This document shows positions 10,217 to 19,797 of a stretch of DNA of 32,000 nucleotides, one piece after another. Source of the DNA: Candidatus Saccharimonadota bacterium (lineage in GTDB: Bacteria > Pseudomonadota > Gammaproteobacteria > Enterobacterales > Enterobacteriaceae_A); contig CP116499.1 of assembly GCA_030849405.1 (NCBI GenBank), positions 120,001 through 152,000 on the forward strand, in the 5' to 3' direction. A model generated the notes under the pieces. The model ran no database searches, was not told where the DNA came from, and worked only from the letters and a program-made list of their open reading frames with translations. Positions within the stretch are counted from its first letter, which is position 1; every line of letters starts with the position of its first letter. The position numbers and the translations under genes are program-made.

Positions 10217-11521
10217 TTATAAAATAAATTTATTTAAATCTTCTTCTAAAATTATTTTATTTAACTTTTTTTTAACATAATTACTATTTATAATTATTTT
10301 CATTCCTTTCATTTTATCTGCATTATAAGATATTTCTTCTAATAAAATTTCTAATACAGTATGTAATCTTCTAGCTCCTATATTTTCTATTTTTTTATTA
10401 AATAAAAATGCAAATTTAGCTATATTATAAATACTAGATTTTGTAAATTCTATTATTAAACCTTCTGTTAATATTAATTTTTTATATTGTTTTATTAATG
10501 AAAATTTTGGTTCAATTAAAATTTTTATTAAATTTTTAATACTTAATGGTTTTAATTTAATTTGTATTGGAAAACGACCTTGTAATTCTGGCATTAAATC
10601 AGATGGTTTAGAAGAATGAAAAGCTCCTGCTGCAATAAATAATATATGATCTGTTTTAATTTCACCATATTTTGTTAAAATAGTACATCCTTCAATTAAT
10701 GGTAATAAATCTCTTTGTACACCTTCTTTTGAAATATCAGAATAATTATTATTATTTTTATTTTTACAAATTTTATCTATTTCATCAATAAAAACTACGC
10801 TATTTTGCTCAATATTATTTAAAATTTTTTTAATATAATTATTATTATATAATTTTAATATTTCTTCTTCTTTAATAATATTTAAAGCATCTTTAATTTT
10901 AATTTTATTTTTTTTAAAATTATTTTTATTATTTAAAAAAGATGAAATTTGATTTGATATTTCAATATAATCTATAATTTTAGATTCAGATTGATTAAAT
11001 AAAAAATTATTTTTTATTTTTTTATTATCTAAATTACCATTTTTTAAATTTTGAATTAAAATTTTATAAATTAAATATATATTTTTAATTTTTTTTTTTT
11101 TAATAATTTCTCTAATTAAAATTTTTATTATTTTTTTTTCTGATTTTTTTTTAATTTTTTTTTTTTTTTTAATTTTAATTTTATTTTTCATAATATTAAA
11201 AGTAGATTCTACTAAATCATGAATAATTGAATCTACTTCTTTACCTACATAACCAATTTCTGTAAATTTTGTTGCTTCTACTTTAATAAAAGGAGAATTA
11301 GATATTTGAGATAATCTTCTTGCTATTTCTGTTTTACCAACTCCTGTAGGTCCAATCATTAATATATTTTTAGGTTTTATTTCTTTTATTAAGGATTTAT
11401 TAAGATTTAATCTACGCCAACGATTACGTAAAGCAATAGCTATTGTTTTTTTTGCTTGATCTTGACCAATTATATATAAATTTAATTTTGAAACAATTTT
11501 ATTTGGTTTTATTTTAAACAT
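10217..11521 (-). CDS. hslU: ATP-dependent protease ATPase subunit HslU
   Basis: IVSKLN.YIIGQDQAKK..AIALRNRWRR...PKNILMIGPTGVGKTEIARRL......PFIKVEATKFTEIGYVGKEVDSII.DL...VFIDEIDKIC...SKEGVQRDLLPLIEG......DHILFIAAGAF...PSDLMPELQGRFPI...ENIGARRLHTVLE.LLEEISY...EDL.KFIL is colinear with E. coli HslU. The intermediate (I) domain is replaced by K/I/N-rich low complexity. An AAGGA SD lies upstream. Confidence 0.97.
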   Translation of the reverse strand: MFKIKPNKIVSKLNLYIIGQDQAKKTIAIALRNRWRRLNLNKSLIKEIKPKNILMIGPTGVGKTEIARRLSQISNSPFIKVEATKFTEIGYVGKEVDSIIHDLVESTFNIMKNKIKIKKKKKIKKKSEKKIIKILIREIIKKKKIKNIYLIYKILIQNLKNGNLDNKKIKNNFLFNQSESKIIDYIEISNQISSFLNNKNNFKKNKIKIKDALNIIKEEEILKLYNNNYIKKILNNIEQNSVVFIDEIDKICKNKNNNNYSDISKEGVQRDLLPLIEGCTILTKYGEIKTDHILFIAAGAFHSSKPSDLMPELQGRFPIQIKLKPLSIKNLIKILIEPKFSLIKQYKKLILTEGLIIEFTKSSIYNIAKFAFLFNKKIENIGARRLHTVLEILLEEISYNADKMKGMKIIINSNYVKKKLNKIILEEDLNKFIL

Positions 11522-11531
11522 ATTTTTCCTT

Positions 11532-12053
11532 TTAATTTAATTCTTTTATTATTATATTATTATTTGTATAAATACAAATTTCACTAGCAATTATTAAAGA
11601 TTTTTTAACAATTAGTTTAGCATTTAATTTAGTATTTTCAATTAACACACGAGCTGCAGCTAAAGCATATGAACCTCCTGAACCAATAGCTATTAAATCA
11701 TTTTCAGGTTTAATAACATCACCACAACCAGTTATAATTAATGAATTTTTTTTATCTACTACTGCTAAAAAAGTTTCTAATCTTTTCAAAAATTTGTCAT
11801 TTCTCCAATCTTTAGCAAGATCAACAGCTGATTTTAATAATTTACCATCATTAATTTCTAATTTTTTTTCAAAAAGTTCAAAAAGTGTAAATGAATCTGA
11901 TATATTACCTGCAAAACCAGCAATAACTTTATTGTTATACATATATTTTACTTTTTTAGAATTTGATTTTATAATTGTATTTCCTAAAGTTGCTTGTCCA
12001 TCTCCACCCATTGCTATTTTACCATTTCTACGCACACTTAATATAGTTGTCAT
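11532..12053 (-). CDS. hslV: ATP-dependent protease subunit HslV
   Basis: [34 protein letters not shown]...[10 protein letters not shown]...[12 protein letters not shown]......AKDWR.DK.LR.LE..LAV.D......[28 protein letters not shown] matches HslV, including the catalytic Thr2. An AAGGA SD lies upstream. Confidence 0.98.
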   Translation of the reverse strand: MTTILSVRRNGKIAMGGDGQATLGNTIIKSNSKKVKYMYNNKVIAGFAGNISDSFTLFELFEKKLEINDGKLLKSAVDLAKDWRNDKFLKRLETFLAVVDKKNSLIITGCGDVIKPENDLIAIGSGGSYALAAARVLIENTKLNAKLIVKKSLIIASEICIYTNNNIIIKELN

Positions 12054-12095
12054 TAAAATTCCTTAATTAATTTTTTAAAATATTATATTTTAATT

Positions 12096-13982
12096 TTATT
12101 TAATTATTAATATATTTGAAATTTTTATTAATATTTTTTTTATTTTATTTAATAAAGTTAAACGATTAATACAAATTTTTTTATTTTTAGTTATTATAAT
12201 ATTATTAATAAAAAATTTATTAATAATAGTATTTATTTTTATGAATTCAATTAAAATTTTAATATATTTTTTTTTAAAAATTAATTTTTTAATTTTTTTT
12301 TTTAAATTTAATATTGCATATGTTAATTTAATTTCATAATTTTCTTTTAATAAAAAAAATTTAATTTTTTTATAAAATAATTTATTTGATTTATTTAAAA
12401 TATTTATAATTCTTTTATTTGAATTAATTAAATTATTAAATTTTTTTAAATTATTAAAATATTTAATTGATTTTAAAATTTTATAAAAATTTAAAATATT
12501 TAAAAATTTTTTTTTTTTAATAGATTTTATTATTTCTTCTGAATATCCTTTTTTAATACATAAAAAATAAAATCTTTTATAAATAAAATTAATAATATCA
12601 TTTATTATATTATTATTTATAATTTTATTTCCATATAATAAAATATTTTTAATAATTATATTTTTTAAATTTAATTTAATTTTTTTTTTAATTATTATAT
12701 TTAATATTAATAATGTATTTCTTCTTATTTCAAAAGGATCTTTTTTATTTTTAAGAATATTATTTAAACTAAAAAAACTTATTAAAAAATCTATTTTATC
12801 AATAATAAATAACAATGAAGATATTTTTTTTTTAATAATATTATTTTTATTTAAATTTATTGAAATTATTTCTGATTCTTTATAGTAATGTGAAAAATAC
12901 ATACCCATTATTCCATGTAAATTTGGAAATTCATATACTATACTTTTAAATAAATCACATTTTATAAGTAAATTAGAACGAATAATATAATTTATATTAA
13001 TTTTATTTATATTTGATAATATAATTGATATTATTTGAATTCTTAAAATTTTTTCATATAATGTACCCAAATTTTTTTTTAAAATTATTTTTTTAAATTT
13101 TTTAAAATTTTTTTCTAATGGTGTTTTATAATCTTTTTTTAAAAAATAATTAATATCTTTTAAACGATAATTTAATAATTTTATATTATCATTAATAATA
13201 ATTTTTGAATTAATTGATTTAATATTTAAAATTAAAATAAATTTATTAATAATTTTTTTTTGGTAATTATAAATTGGTAATATTTTTTGATAAATTTTAA
13301 TAATATAAATTAATAATTCTATAGGATAATTTAGATATTTTTTTTTAAAATTACCTATTAAAATAACTGGCCATTCTACTAATGATGTTAATTCATTTAA
13401 TATTATTTTATCAAAATCTATAATATAAATATTTTTATTTATTTTAGAAATAGATTTTTTAATAATTAAAAATTTGCGAATTTTATAATTTGCTATAACT
13501 CTACATTTTATATATAAAATATTTGGATAATCATTAGCATTTTTAATTATTATTTTTTTTTTTCCTATAAATTTATGACCATATAAAATTCTACTTGATT
13601 TAACTCCAAAAATATAACTATTTATTAATTTATTATTTAATAAAATTATAATATTTCTAATAGGTCTAATAAAAAAAATTTTTTTATTATTCCATCTCAT
13701 TTTTTTAAAATTATCAAATTTATTTAATGAATAATTAATTGTTTGAATTATTTTTTTTTTAAATATTTTATATTTTATAATTTTTTTTTCTAATTCTTTT
13801 AAATTATATATTTTTATTCCCAAACGACGTGTTGTAGCAAAACAACAAATTTTAAAATAATTAATATTATATTTATTTAATTTAATAATAAAATTATTAA
13901 AAAATAATTTTAAAATTAAATTAAGATTTTTATGAGGTAAATCTTCAATTCCAATTTCTAATAATAAATTTATATTTATCAT
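12096..13982 (-). CDS. glyS: Glycine--tRNA ligase beta subunit (highly diverged, 628 aa)
   Basis: Conserved islands are colinear with E. coli GlyS. Examples are LLEIGIEDLP, FATTRRLGIKI, MRWNNKKIFFIRPIRNIIILL, RILYGHKF, LVEWPVILIGNF, KCDLFKSIVYEFPNLHGIMGMYF, KDPFEIRR and INRLTLL. It lies directly downstream of glyQ. Confidence 0.9.
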   Translation of the reverse strand: MININLLLEIGIEDLPHKNLNLILKLFFNNFIIKLNKYNINYFKICCFATTRRLGIKIYNLKELEKKIIKYKIFKKKIIQTINYSLNKFDNFKKMRWNNKKIFFIRPIRNIIILLNNKLINSYIFGVKSSRILYGHKFIGKKKIIIKNANDYPNILYIKCRVIANYKIRKFLIIKKSISKINKNIYIIDFDKIILNELTSLVEWPVILIGNFKKKYLNYPIELLIYIIKIYQKILPIYNYQKKIINKFILILNIKSINSKIIINDNIKLLNYRLKDINYFLKKDYKTPLEKNFKKFKKIILKKNLGTLYEKILRIQIISIILSNINKININYIIRSNLLIKCDLFKSIVYEFPNLHGIMGMYFSHYYKESEIISINLNKNNIIKKKISSLLFIIDKIDFLISFFSLNNILKNKKDPFEIRRNTLLILNIIIKKKIKLNLKNIIIKNILLYGNKIINNNIINDIINFIYKRFYFLCIKKGYSEEIIKSIKKKKFLNILNFYKILKSIKYFNNLKKFNNLINSNKRIINILNKSNKLFYKKIKFFLLKENYEIKLTYAILNLKKKIKKLIFKKKYIKILIEFIKINTIINKFFINNIIITKNKKICINRLTLLNKIKKILIKISNILIIK

Positions 13983-14015
13983 TTTTTATATTTTAAATTA
14001 AATCAAAATTATTAA

Positions 14016-14882
14016 TTATTTTAAATATAAATTAATATATATTTTAGCAACAGTTTTACTTAAAGATCTAATATTAAGAATATATCTTTGTCTTTCAATT
14101 AGTGATATAGCTTGTCTTGAATCCAAAATATTAAATAAATGAATAATTTTTAAAATATATTCATATGCTGGTATAGGTAACGGAGTTTTTAAATTAAGTA
14201 ATTTAATAATTTCTAATTTATATTCATTAATACATTTAATAATAAAATTAATATTAGCATATTTAAAATTATATTTAGAATATTCAATTTCATTATTGTA
14301 AAACATATCACCATATGTTATTGTCATAAATTTATTATTTCCCCAAATAACATCATATATATTATTTTTGTTTTGTATATACATTGCTATTCTTTCTAAA
14401 CCATATGTTATTTCAATAGTAATAGGATAACATTCTATTCCACCCATTTGTTGAAAATAAGTTATTTGAGTTATTTCTATACCATTTAACCATACTTCCC
14501 AACCTAAACCAGATGCTCCTAAAGTTGGATTTTCCCAATTATCTTCAATAAAACGAATATCATAAATTTTTGTATTTAAACCTAAAATATTTAAAGATTG
14601 TAAATATAAATTTTGTATATTATTTGGTGATGGTTTCATAATAACTTGTAATTGATAATATCTTTGTAAACGATAAGCATTTTTACTATAACGACCATCA
14701 GAAGGTCTTCTTGAAGGTTGTACATAAACAGCTGAAATAGGTTTAGTTCCAAGAGCATTAAAAAAAGTAATTGGATGTGTTGTAGCTGCACCAACTTCTA
14801 ATTCTAATGGTTGAATTATAATACATCCTTTTTTATACCAATATTGTTTTAATTTAAATATTATTTTTTGAAATGTATTTAT
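14016..14882 (-). CDS. glyQ: Glycine--tRNA ligase alpha subunit; 5' end extended beyond the track ORF to a putative ATA start
   Basis: The track ORF (14016-14639) begins at a residue equivalent to about position 88 of E. coli GlyQ. The same frame stays open upstream to a TAA at 14913-14915. That stretch encodes [79 protein letters not shown], colinear with E. coli [35 protein letters not shown]...[29 protein letters not shown]. No in-frame ATG, GTG, TTG or CTG exists there. The ATA at 14882-14880 is preceded by AAGGAT with a 6-nt spacer. The exact start is uncertain. Confidence 0.85.
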   Translation of the reverse strand: MNTFQKIIFKLKQYWYKKGCIIIQPLELEVGAATTHPITFFNALGTKPISAVYVQPSRRPSDGRYSKNAYRLQRYYQLQVIMKPSPNNIQNLYLQSLNILGLNTKIYDIRFIEDNWENPTLGASGLGWEVWLNGIEITQITYFQQMGGIECYPITIEITYGLERIAMYIQNKNNIYDVIWGNNKFMTITYGDMFYNNEIEYSKYNFKYANINFIIKCINEYKLEIIKLLNLKTPLPIPAYEYILKIIHLFNILDSRQAISLIERQRYILNIRSLSKTVAKIYINLYLK

Positions 14883-14973
14883 TTTTTTATCCTTATTATT
14901 TAAATTTATATTTTAATAAAATTTATAATAATTTAAATTTAATAATTTATTAATAATTTTTTATATAAACACT

Positions 14974-15837
14974 TTGAAAAAAAACAAACATATTACAGTA
15001 TTATTAAATGAATCAATTAAAAGTTTAAAAATTAAAAAAAATGGAATTTATATTGATGCAACATTTGGAAATGGAGGACATACTAAATTAATTTTATCTA
15101 AATTAAGTAAAAAAGGTAAATTATTTTCAATAGATAAAGATCCAAAAACTATAAAAATAGCACAAAAAATAAAAGATAATCGTTTTAAAATTTTAAATAT
15201 TAATTTTTCTGATTTATTTAAACTTAATTTAAATAAACAAATCAATGGTATATTATTTGATTTAGGTTTATCTTCTATACAATTAGATAATCCTAAAAGA
15301 GGTTTTTCTTTTATTAATGATGGTATTTTAGATATGCGTATAAATCAAACAAAAGGTAAAAATGCTATTGATTGGATTAAAAATTCAAATATTAAAAAAT
15401 TATATTTTGTATTCAAAAAATTTGGAGAAGATCGTTTTGCTAAACGTATAGCTATTGCAATTTATAAGTATAGTAAAATAAAAACAATAATTAGTACTAA
15501 AGAATTATCTAATTTAATAAAATTAAATTATAATAAATTTTATAATAATAAAATTCACCCAGCTACTCAATATTTTAGAGCAATAAGAATCGTTATTAAT
15601 AATGAAATACAAGAAATTAAATTAGGATTAAAATATGCTTTAAAATTATTATCAAAAAAAGGAAGATTATCTATTATTAGTTTTCATTCTTTAGAAGATA
15701 AAATAATTAAAAATTTTATAAATATTAAAAATTTTAATAAATTAAAATTTTTATATAAAATTAAACCTTCATTTTATGAAATTAAAAAAAATTATCGTTC
15801 TAGAAGTGCAATTTTAAGAATATCAGAAAAAATATAA
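14974..15837 (+). CDS. rsmH: 16S rRNA (cytosine1402-N4)-methyltransferase RsmH/MraW (TTG start)
   Basis: HITVLLNESI..L.IKKNGIYIDATFGNGGHTKLILS.L...G.L..IDKDP...A......RF.....FS.......INGILFDLGLSS.QLDNPKRGFSF..DG.LDMR......A..W.........V.K.FGE.RFAKRIA.AI.....HPAT..F.AIRI..N.E...I...L......L...GRLSIISFHSLEDKI.K.F is colinear with E. coli RsmH. Bases 14974-14976 are TTG. Confidence 0.93.
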   Translation: MKKNKHITVLLNESIKSLKIKKNGIYIDATFGNGGHTKLILSKLSKKGKLFSIDKDPKTIKIAQKIKDNRFKILNINFSDLFKLNLNKQINGILFDLGLSSIQLDNPKRGFSFINDGILDMRINQTKGKNAIDWIKNSNIKKLYFVFKKFGEDRFAKRIAIAIYKYSKIKTIISTKELSNLIKLNYNKFYNNKIHPATQYFRAIRIVINNEIQEIKLGLKYALKLLSKKGRLSIISFHSLEDKIIKNFINIKNFNKLKFLYKIKPSFYEIKKNYRSRSAILRISEKI

Positions 15838-15875
15838 ATAATAATTTATTATTAATTATTTTATAATTTAAAAAA

Positions 15876-18359
15876 ATGATATATAATTTAATTAAAATAT
15901 TATTAAATAAAAAAAAAAAATTTTTAATAAAAAAAATTAAAATTATTAAAAAAATAAATGATTTAGAACAATATATTGAAAAATTATCTAATAAACAAAT
16001 TAAAAAATATACTAATAAATTTAAAAAAAGAATTAAAAATGGTGAAATTTTAAAAAATATTTTACCTGAAGCATTTGCTATTGTAAGAGAAGTAAGTAAA
16101 AGAATATATAATATGAGGCATTTTAATGTTCAATTATTAGGTGGAATTATACTTAATGAAAAATGTATTGCTGAAATGAAAACTGGAGAAGGAAAAACTT
16201 TAACATCAACTTTACCTATTTATTTGAACGCTTTAAAAGAAAAAGGTGTTCATGTAATAACTGTAAATGATTATTTAGCAAAACGTGATGCTAAAAATAA
16301 TAAATTATTATTTGAATTTTTGAATTTAAAAATTGGTATTAATTTAAATGGTATGACAATAAATGAAAAAAAAAAAGCATATCAATCTGATATTACTTAT
16401 GGCACTAGTAATGAATTTTGTTTTGATTATTTAAAAGATAATATGATATTTAAAAAAGAAAATAAAATTCAAAAAAAATTATATTATGCTTTAATAGATG
16501 AAGTTGATTCTATATTAATAGATGAATCAACAACTCCTTTAGTAATATCTTCTAATTATAAAAAAAATTCTGATATATATTTTAAAATTAATAAAATTAT
16601 ATTAATATTAATAAAAAAAATAAAAAATATTTCCAAAGAAAAAATTTATAAAATTAATTATAAAAGTAAACAAATATATTTAACAGAAAATGGTTTAGAA
16701 TTAATTGAAAAAATATTAATTTCACAAAATATAATTAAAAAAAATGAATCACTTTATTCTTATAAAAATATTTATTTAATATATCATATTAATAATGCAT
16801 TAAATGCTCATTTTTTATTTAATAAAAATATAGATTATATATTAAAAAAAAATAAAATTAAAATAATTGATGAATATACTGGTAGAATTAAAAATAATAG
16901 AAAATGGTCAAATGGTTTACATCAAGCAATTGAAGCCAAAGAAAATATTTTTATAAACTCTGAAAATCAAACTTTATCACTTATTACTTTTCAAAAATAT
17001 TTCCTTTTATATAAAAAAATATCAGGAATGACTGGAACAGCATATACAGAATATAATGAATTTAAAGAAATATATAATTTAAAAACTATTAAGATACCTC
17101 CAAATTGTAAAAATATAAGAAAAGATAAATCAGATAAAATTTATATTACAAAAAAAGAAAAATTAAAAGCTATTATTAAAAAAGTTAAAAAACATACTTT
17201 AAATAAACAACCTTTATTAATAGGAACTATTACAATTGAACAATCTGAAAATTTATCTAAAAAACTTAAAGAATTAAATATAAAACACCAAGTTTTAAAC
17301 GCTCATTTTCATAATATAGAATCTGATATTATAGCTAAAGCAGGAAAATTAGGATCTATTACTATTGCAACTAATATGGCTGGAAGAGGTACTGATATTA
17401 TTTTAGGAGGAAATTTAAAAATTAAAAATAATAATTTAAATATTAAAAATAAATTTAAAAATTTAATAAAACAAAAAAAATGGAAAAAAAAACATGATAT
17501 TATATCTAAAATGGGAGGTTTATATATTATAGGTACAGAAAGATATGAATCAAGACGTATTGATAATCAATTAATAGGAAGATCTGGAAGACAAGGTGAT
17601 CCAGGTACAACAAGATTTTATTTATCTTTTGAAGATACAATAATTAATTTTATAAATAAATATAAAATTTCTAATTTAATATATAAAATTGGTTTTAAAA
17701 AAAATCAATTAATTAAACATAATTTAATAAATAAATTAATTAGGAAAATACAAAAAAAAATAGAGGTTAGAAATTTTAAAATTAGACAAGAATTATTAAA
17801 ATATGATAATATAAATAATAATCAAAGAAAAATTTTTTATAATAAAAGAAATAAAATATTAAATAGTTATAAAATTAATAAAATAATTTGTAATATTAGA
17901 AAATATGTTATTAATAATATAATTAATCAATATATTAATATAAAATTTTTAATTAAAAAAATTAATTATATAGATTTAAATATTTTTATTAAAAAAAACC
18001 TTTGGTTAAATTTTAATATAATAAAATTATTTTATAAAATAAAAAAAAAAACAATTTTAATTAAATATATTTTAACAATGTTAAAAATTAATTATATTAA
18101 AAAAAAAAAACAAATAGGATATCAAAATATTAAAACTATCGAAAAATATATATTACTTAAAACATTTGATATGTTATGGAAAGAATATTTATATTCAATA
18201 GAATATTTAAAAAAAGGAATATATTTATATATATATATAAATAAAAATCCTATTCAAGAATATAAACGTAAATCTTTTTATATTTTTTGTAATATGATAG
18301 AATCATTTAAATATGAAATATTTTATATAATTAATACAATTATTTTTATAAAAATATAA
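15876..18359 (+). CDS. secA: Protein translocase ATPase SecA (827 aa; lacks the C-terminal tail)
   Basis: LPEAFAIVREVSKRIYNMRHFNVQLLGGIILNEKCIAEMKTGEGKTLTSTLP.YLNAL..KGVHVITVNDYLAKRDA.NN..LFEFL...DEVDSILIDE..TPL.IS...GLHQAIEAKE......ENQTL..ITFQ.YF.LY.K..GMTGTA.TE..EF..IY.L....IP...ATNMAGRGTDI.LGG...GGL.IIGTER.ESRRIDNQL.GRSGRQGDPG..RFYLS.ED is colinear with E. coli SecA. It ends near the equivalent of E. coli residue ~830. Confidence 0.97.
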   Translation: MIYNLIKILLNKKKKFLIKKIKIIKKINDLEQYIEKLSNKQIKKYTNKFKKRIKNGEILKNILPEAFAIVREVSKRIYNMRHFNVQLLGGIILNEKCIAEMKTGEGKTLTSTLPIYLNALKEKGVHVITVNDYLAKRDAKNNKLLFEFLNLKIGINLNGMTINEKKKAYQSDITYGTSNEFCFDYLKDNMIFKKENKIQKKLYYALIDEVDSILIDESTTPLVISSNYKKNSDIYFKINKIILILIKKIKNISKEKIYKINYKSKQIYLTENGLELIEKILISQNIIKKNESLYSYKNIYLIYHINNALNAHFLFNKNIDYILKKNKIKIIDEYTGRIKNNRKWSNGLHQAIEAKENIFINSENQTLSLITFQKYFLLYKKISGMTGTAYTEYNEFKEIYNLKTIKIPPNCKNIRKDKSDKIYITKKEKLKAIIKKVKKHTLNKQPLLIGTITIEQSENLSKKLKELNIKHQVLNAHFHNIESDIIAKAGKLGSITIATNMAGRGTDIILGGNLKIKNNNLNIKNKFKNLIKQKKWKKKHDIISKMGGLYIIGTERYESRRIDNQLIGRSGRQGDPGTTRFYLSFEDTIINFINKYKISNLIYKIGFKKNQLIKHNLINKLIRKIQKKIEVRNFKIRQELLKYDNINNNQRKIFYNKRNKILNSYKINKIICNIRKYVINNIINQYINIKFLIKKINYIDLNIFIKKNLWLNFNIIKLFYKIKKKTILIKYILTMLKINYIKKKKQIGYQNIKTIEKYILLKTFDMLWKEYLYSIEYLKKGIYLYIYINKNPIQEYKRKSFYIFCNMIESFKYEIFYIINTIIFIKI

Positions 18360-18414
18360 AGTTTAAATTTTAATTTTTAAAAATATAATAAAATATTTTT
18401 TAATAAAATTTTTT

Positions 18415-19482
18415 TTATAAAATTTTTTTAAAAAAATTTTCTAAATATAAAATTATTTTTTTTTGACCGGCTCTTATAATTTTTCTTGGATCATAATATT
18501 TTTTATTTGGTTTATGTATTCCATTTGGATTACCTAATTGAGTTTGTAAATATTTTTTTTTTTGTTTATAATAATTTAATATACCTAACCAATTTGCCCA
18601 TTGTATATCTGTATCAATATTTATTTTAACAACACCATATTTTATAGATTCTTTAATATCTTTTGTAACTGTCCCAGAACCACCATGAAAAACAAAATTT
18701 AAAATATTATTAGGTAAATTAAATTTATTTGATACATATATTTGAGAATCACGTAAAATTGTTGGTTTTAATTTAATATTACCTTTTTTATATACTCCAT
18801 GAACATTTCCAAAAGTAGCTGCTATAGTAAAATTTTTACTTATTTTTTTAAGTTTATTATAAACATATGAAACAATTTCAGGTTTTGTATAAAAATTTTC
18901 ATTTTTCATATTATTATTATTTATACCATCTTCTTCACCACCAGTACAACCTAATTCAATTTCTAATGTTAAATTAATTTTTTTCATACGTTTTAAATAT
19001 TTACTACAAATATAAATATTATTTTCAACACTTTCTTTAGATAAATCAATCATATGTGATGAAAATAATGGTTTTTTATTAATACTATAAAATTTTTCAT
19101 TTTCATATAAAAGACCATCTAACCATGGTAAAATTTCTTTATAACAATGATCAGTATGTAACATTATATTTGCACCATAATATTTTGCCATTGTATGAAC
19201 ATATTTTGCTCCAGATATTGCCCCTATAATTGCAGCTTCAGTTAAAGTTTTTTTTTTTAATATACCTTTACCAGCAAAAAAAGCTGACCCTCTATATGAA
19301 AATTGAATTATTATGGGTAATTTAATTTTTGCTGATACTTCTAAAACAGAATTAATGGAATCTATACCAACACAATTAATTGCAGGTATAGCAAAATTTT
19401 CTTTTTTAACAAATTCAAAAATTTTTTGAACATTATTACCTAATATTACACCGTTTTTAGATAAATTTAAAAATTTTTTCAT
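18415..19482 (-). CDS. fbaA: Fructose-bisphosphate aldolase, class II
   Basis: NFAIPAINCVG.DSIN.VLE..AK.K.P.I.QFS..G..F.AGKG......AAI.GAISGA..VH.MA..YG....LHTDHC.K..LPW.DGLL.......KPLFSSHMIDLS.ES...NI.ICSKYL.RM.K...TLEIELGCTGGEEDG....FTIAA.FGNVHGVYK.GN..L.PTILRDSQ.YVS.K.NLP.N.LNFVFHGGSG......I....YGVVK.NIDTD.QWA.W.G.LNYY.....YLQ.QLGNP.G...PNKKYYDPR is colinear with E. coli FbaA. An AAGGA SD lies upstream. Confidence 0.97.
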   Translation of the reverse strand: MKKFLNLSKNGVILGNNVQKIFEFVKKENFAIPAINCVGIDSINSVLEVSAKIKLPIIIQFSYRGSAFFAGKGILKKKTLTEAAIIGAISGAKYVHTMAKYYGANIMLHTDHCYKEILPWLDGLLYENEKFYSINKKPLFSSHMIDLSKESVENNIYICSKYLKRMKKINLTLEIELGCTGGEEDGINNNNMKNENFYTKPEIVSYVYNKLKKISKNFTIAATFGNVHGVYKKGNIKLKPTILRDSQIYVSNKFNLPNNILNFVFHGGSGTVTKDIKESIKYGVVKINIDTDIQWANWLGILNYYKQKKKYLQTQLGNPNGIHKPNKKYYDPRKIIRAGQKKIILYLENFFKKIL

Positions 19483-19797
19483 TTTTTTTTCCTTTTTAAA
19501 AATTTAAATTAATAATTTAAAATAATAATAAAATTTAAATTATTTTAAAATAAATATTTTTTTAATTTATATAATATTAAAATTATAAATTTAATATTAA
19601 TTTAAAACAATATTAAAAGTTATTTTATTAATATTATATATTAAAATTAAATTAAATTTATATTATTTATTAAATAAATATATTTTAGTTTTAAATATAA
19701 TTAATATTTAAAAATTTAAAAAATTTTATGTATACATATTATAATTAATTAATTATCATTTTAAAATATAATTTATAAATAACACTTTACGAAATTA

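Noticed and set aside
11794-12066. 90-aa ORF on the + strand
   Set aside because: It lies entirely antisense to the well-conserved hslV. The product is low complexity with no recognisable family. Long antisense ORFs are expected by chance here.
14016-14639. Treating the 207-aa track ORF as the whole glyQ, or calling glyQ a 5'-truncated pseudogene
   Set aside because: The upstream ~80 codons are in frame, free of stops and strongly conserved with the GlyQ N-terminus. The gene looks intact, with a non-canonical start, rather than truncated.
15048-15245. 65-aa ORF on the - strand
   Set aside because: It is antisense within rsmH, with no homology signal and no SD. It is a shadow ORF.
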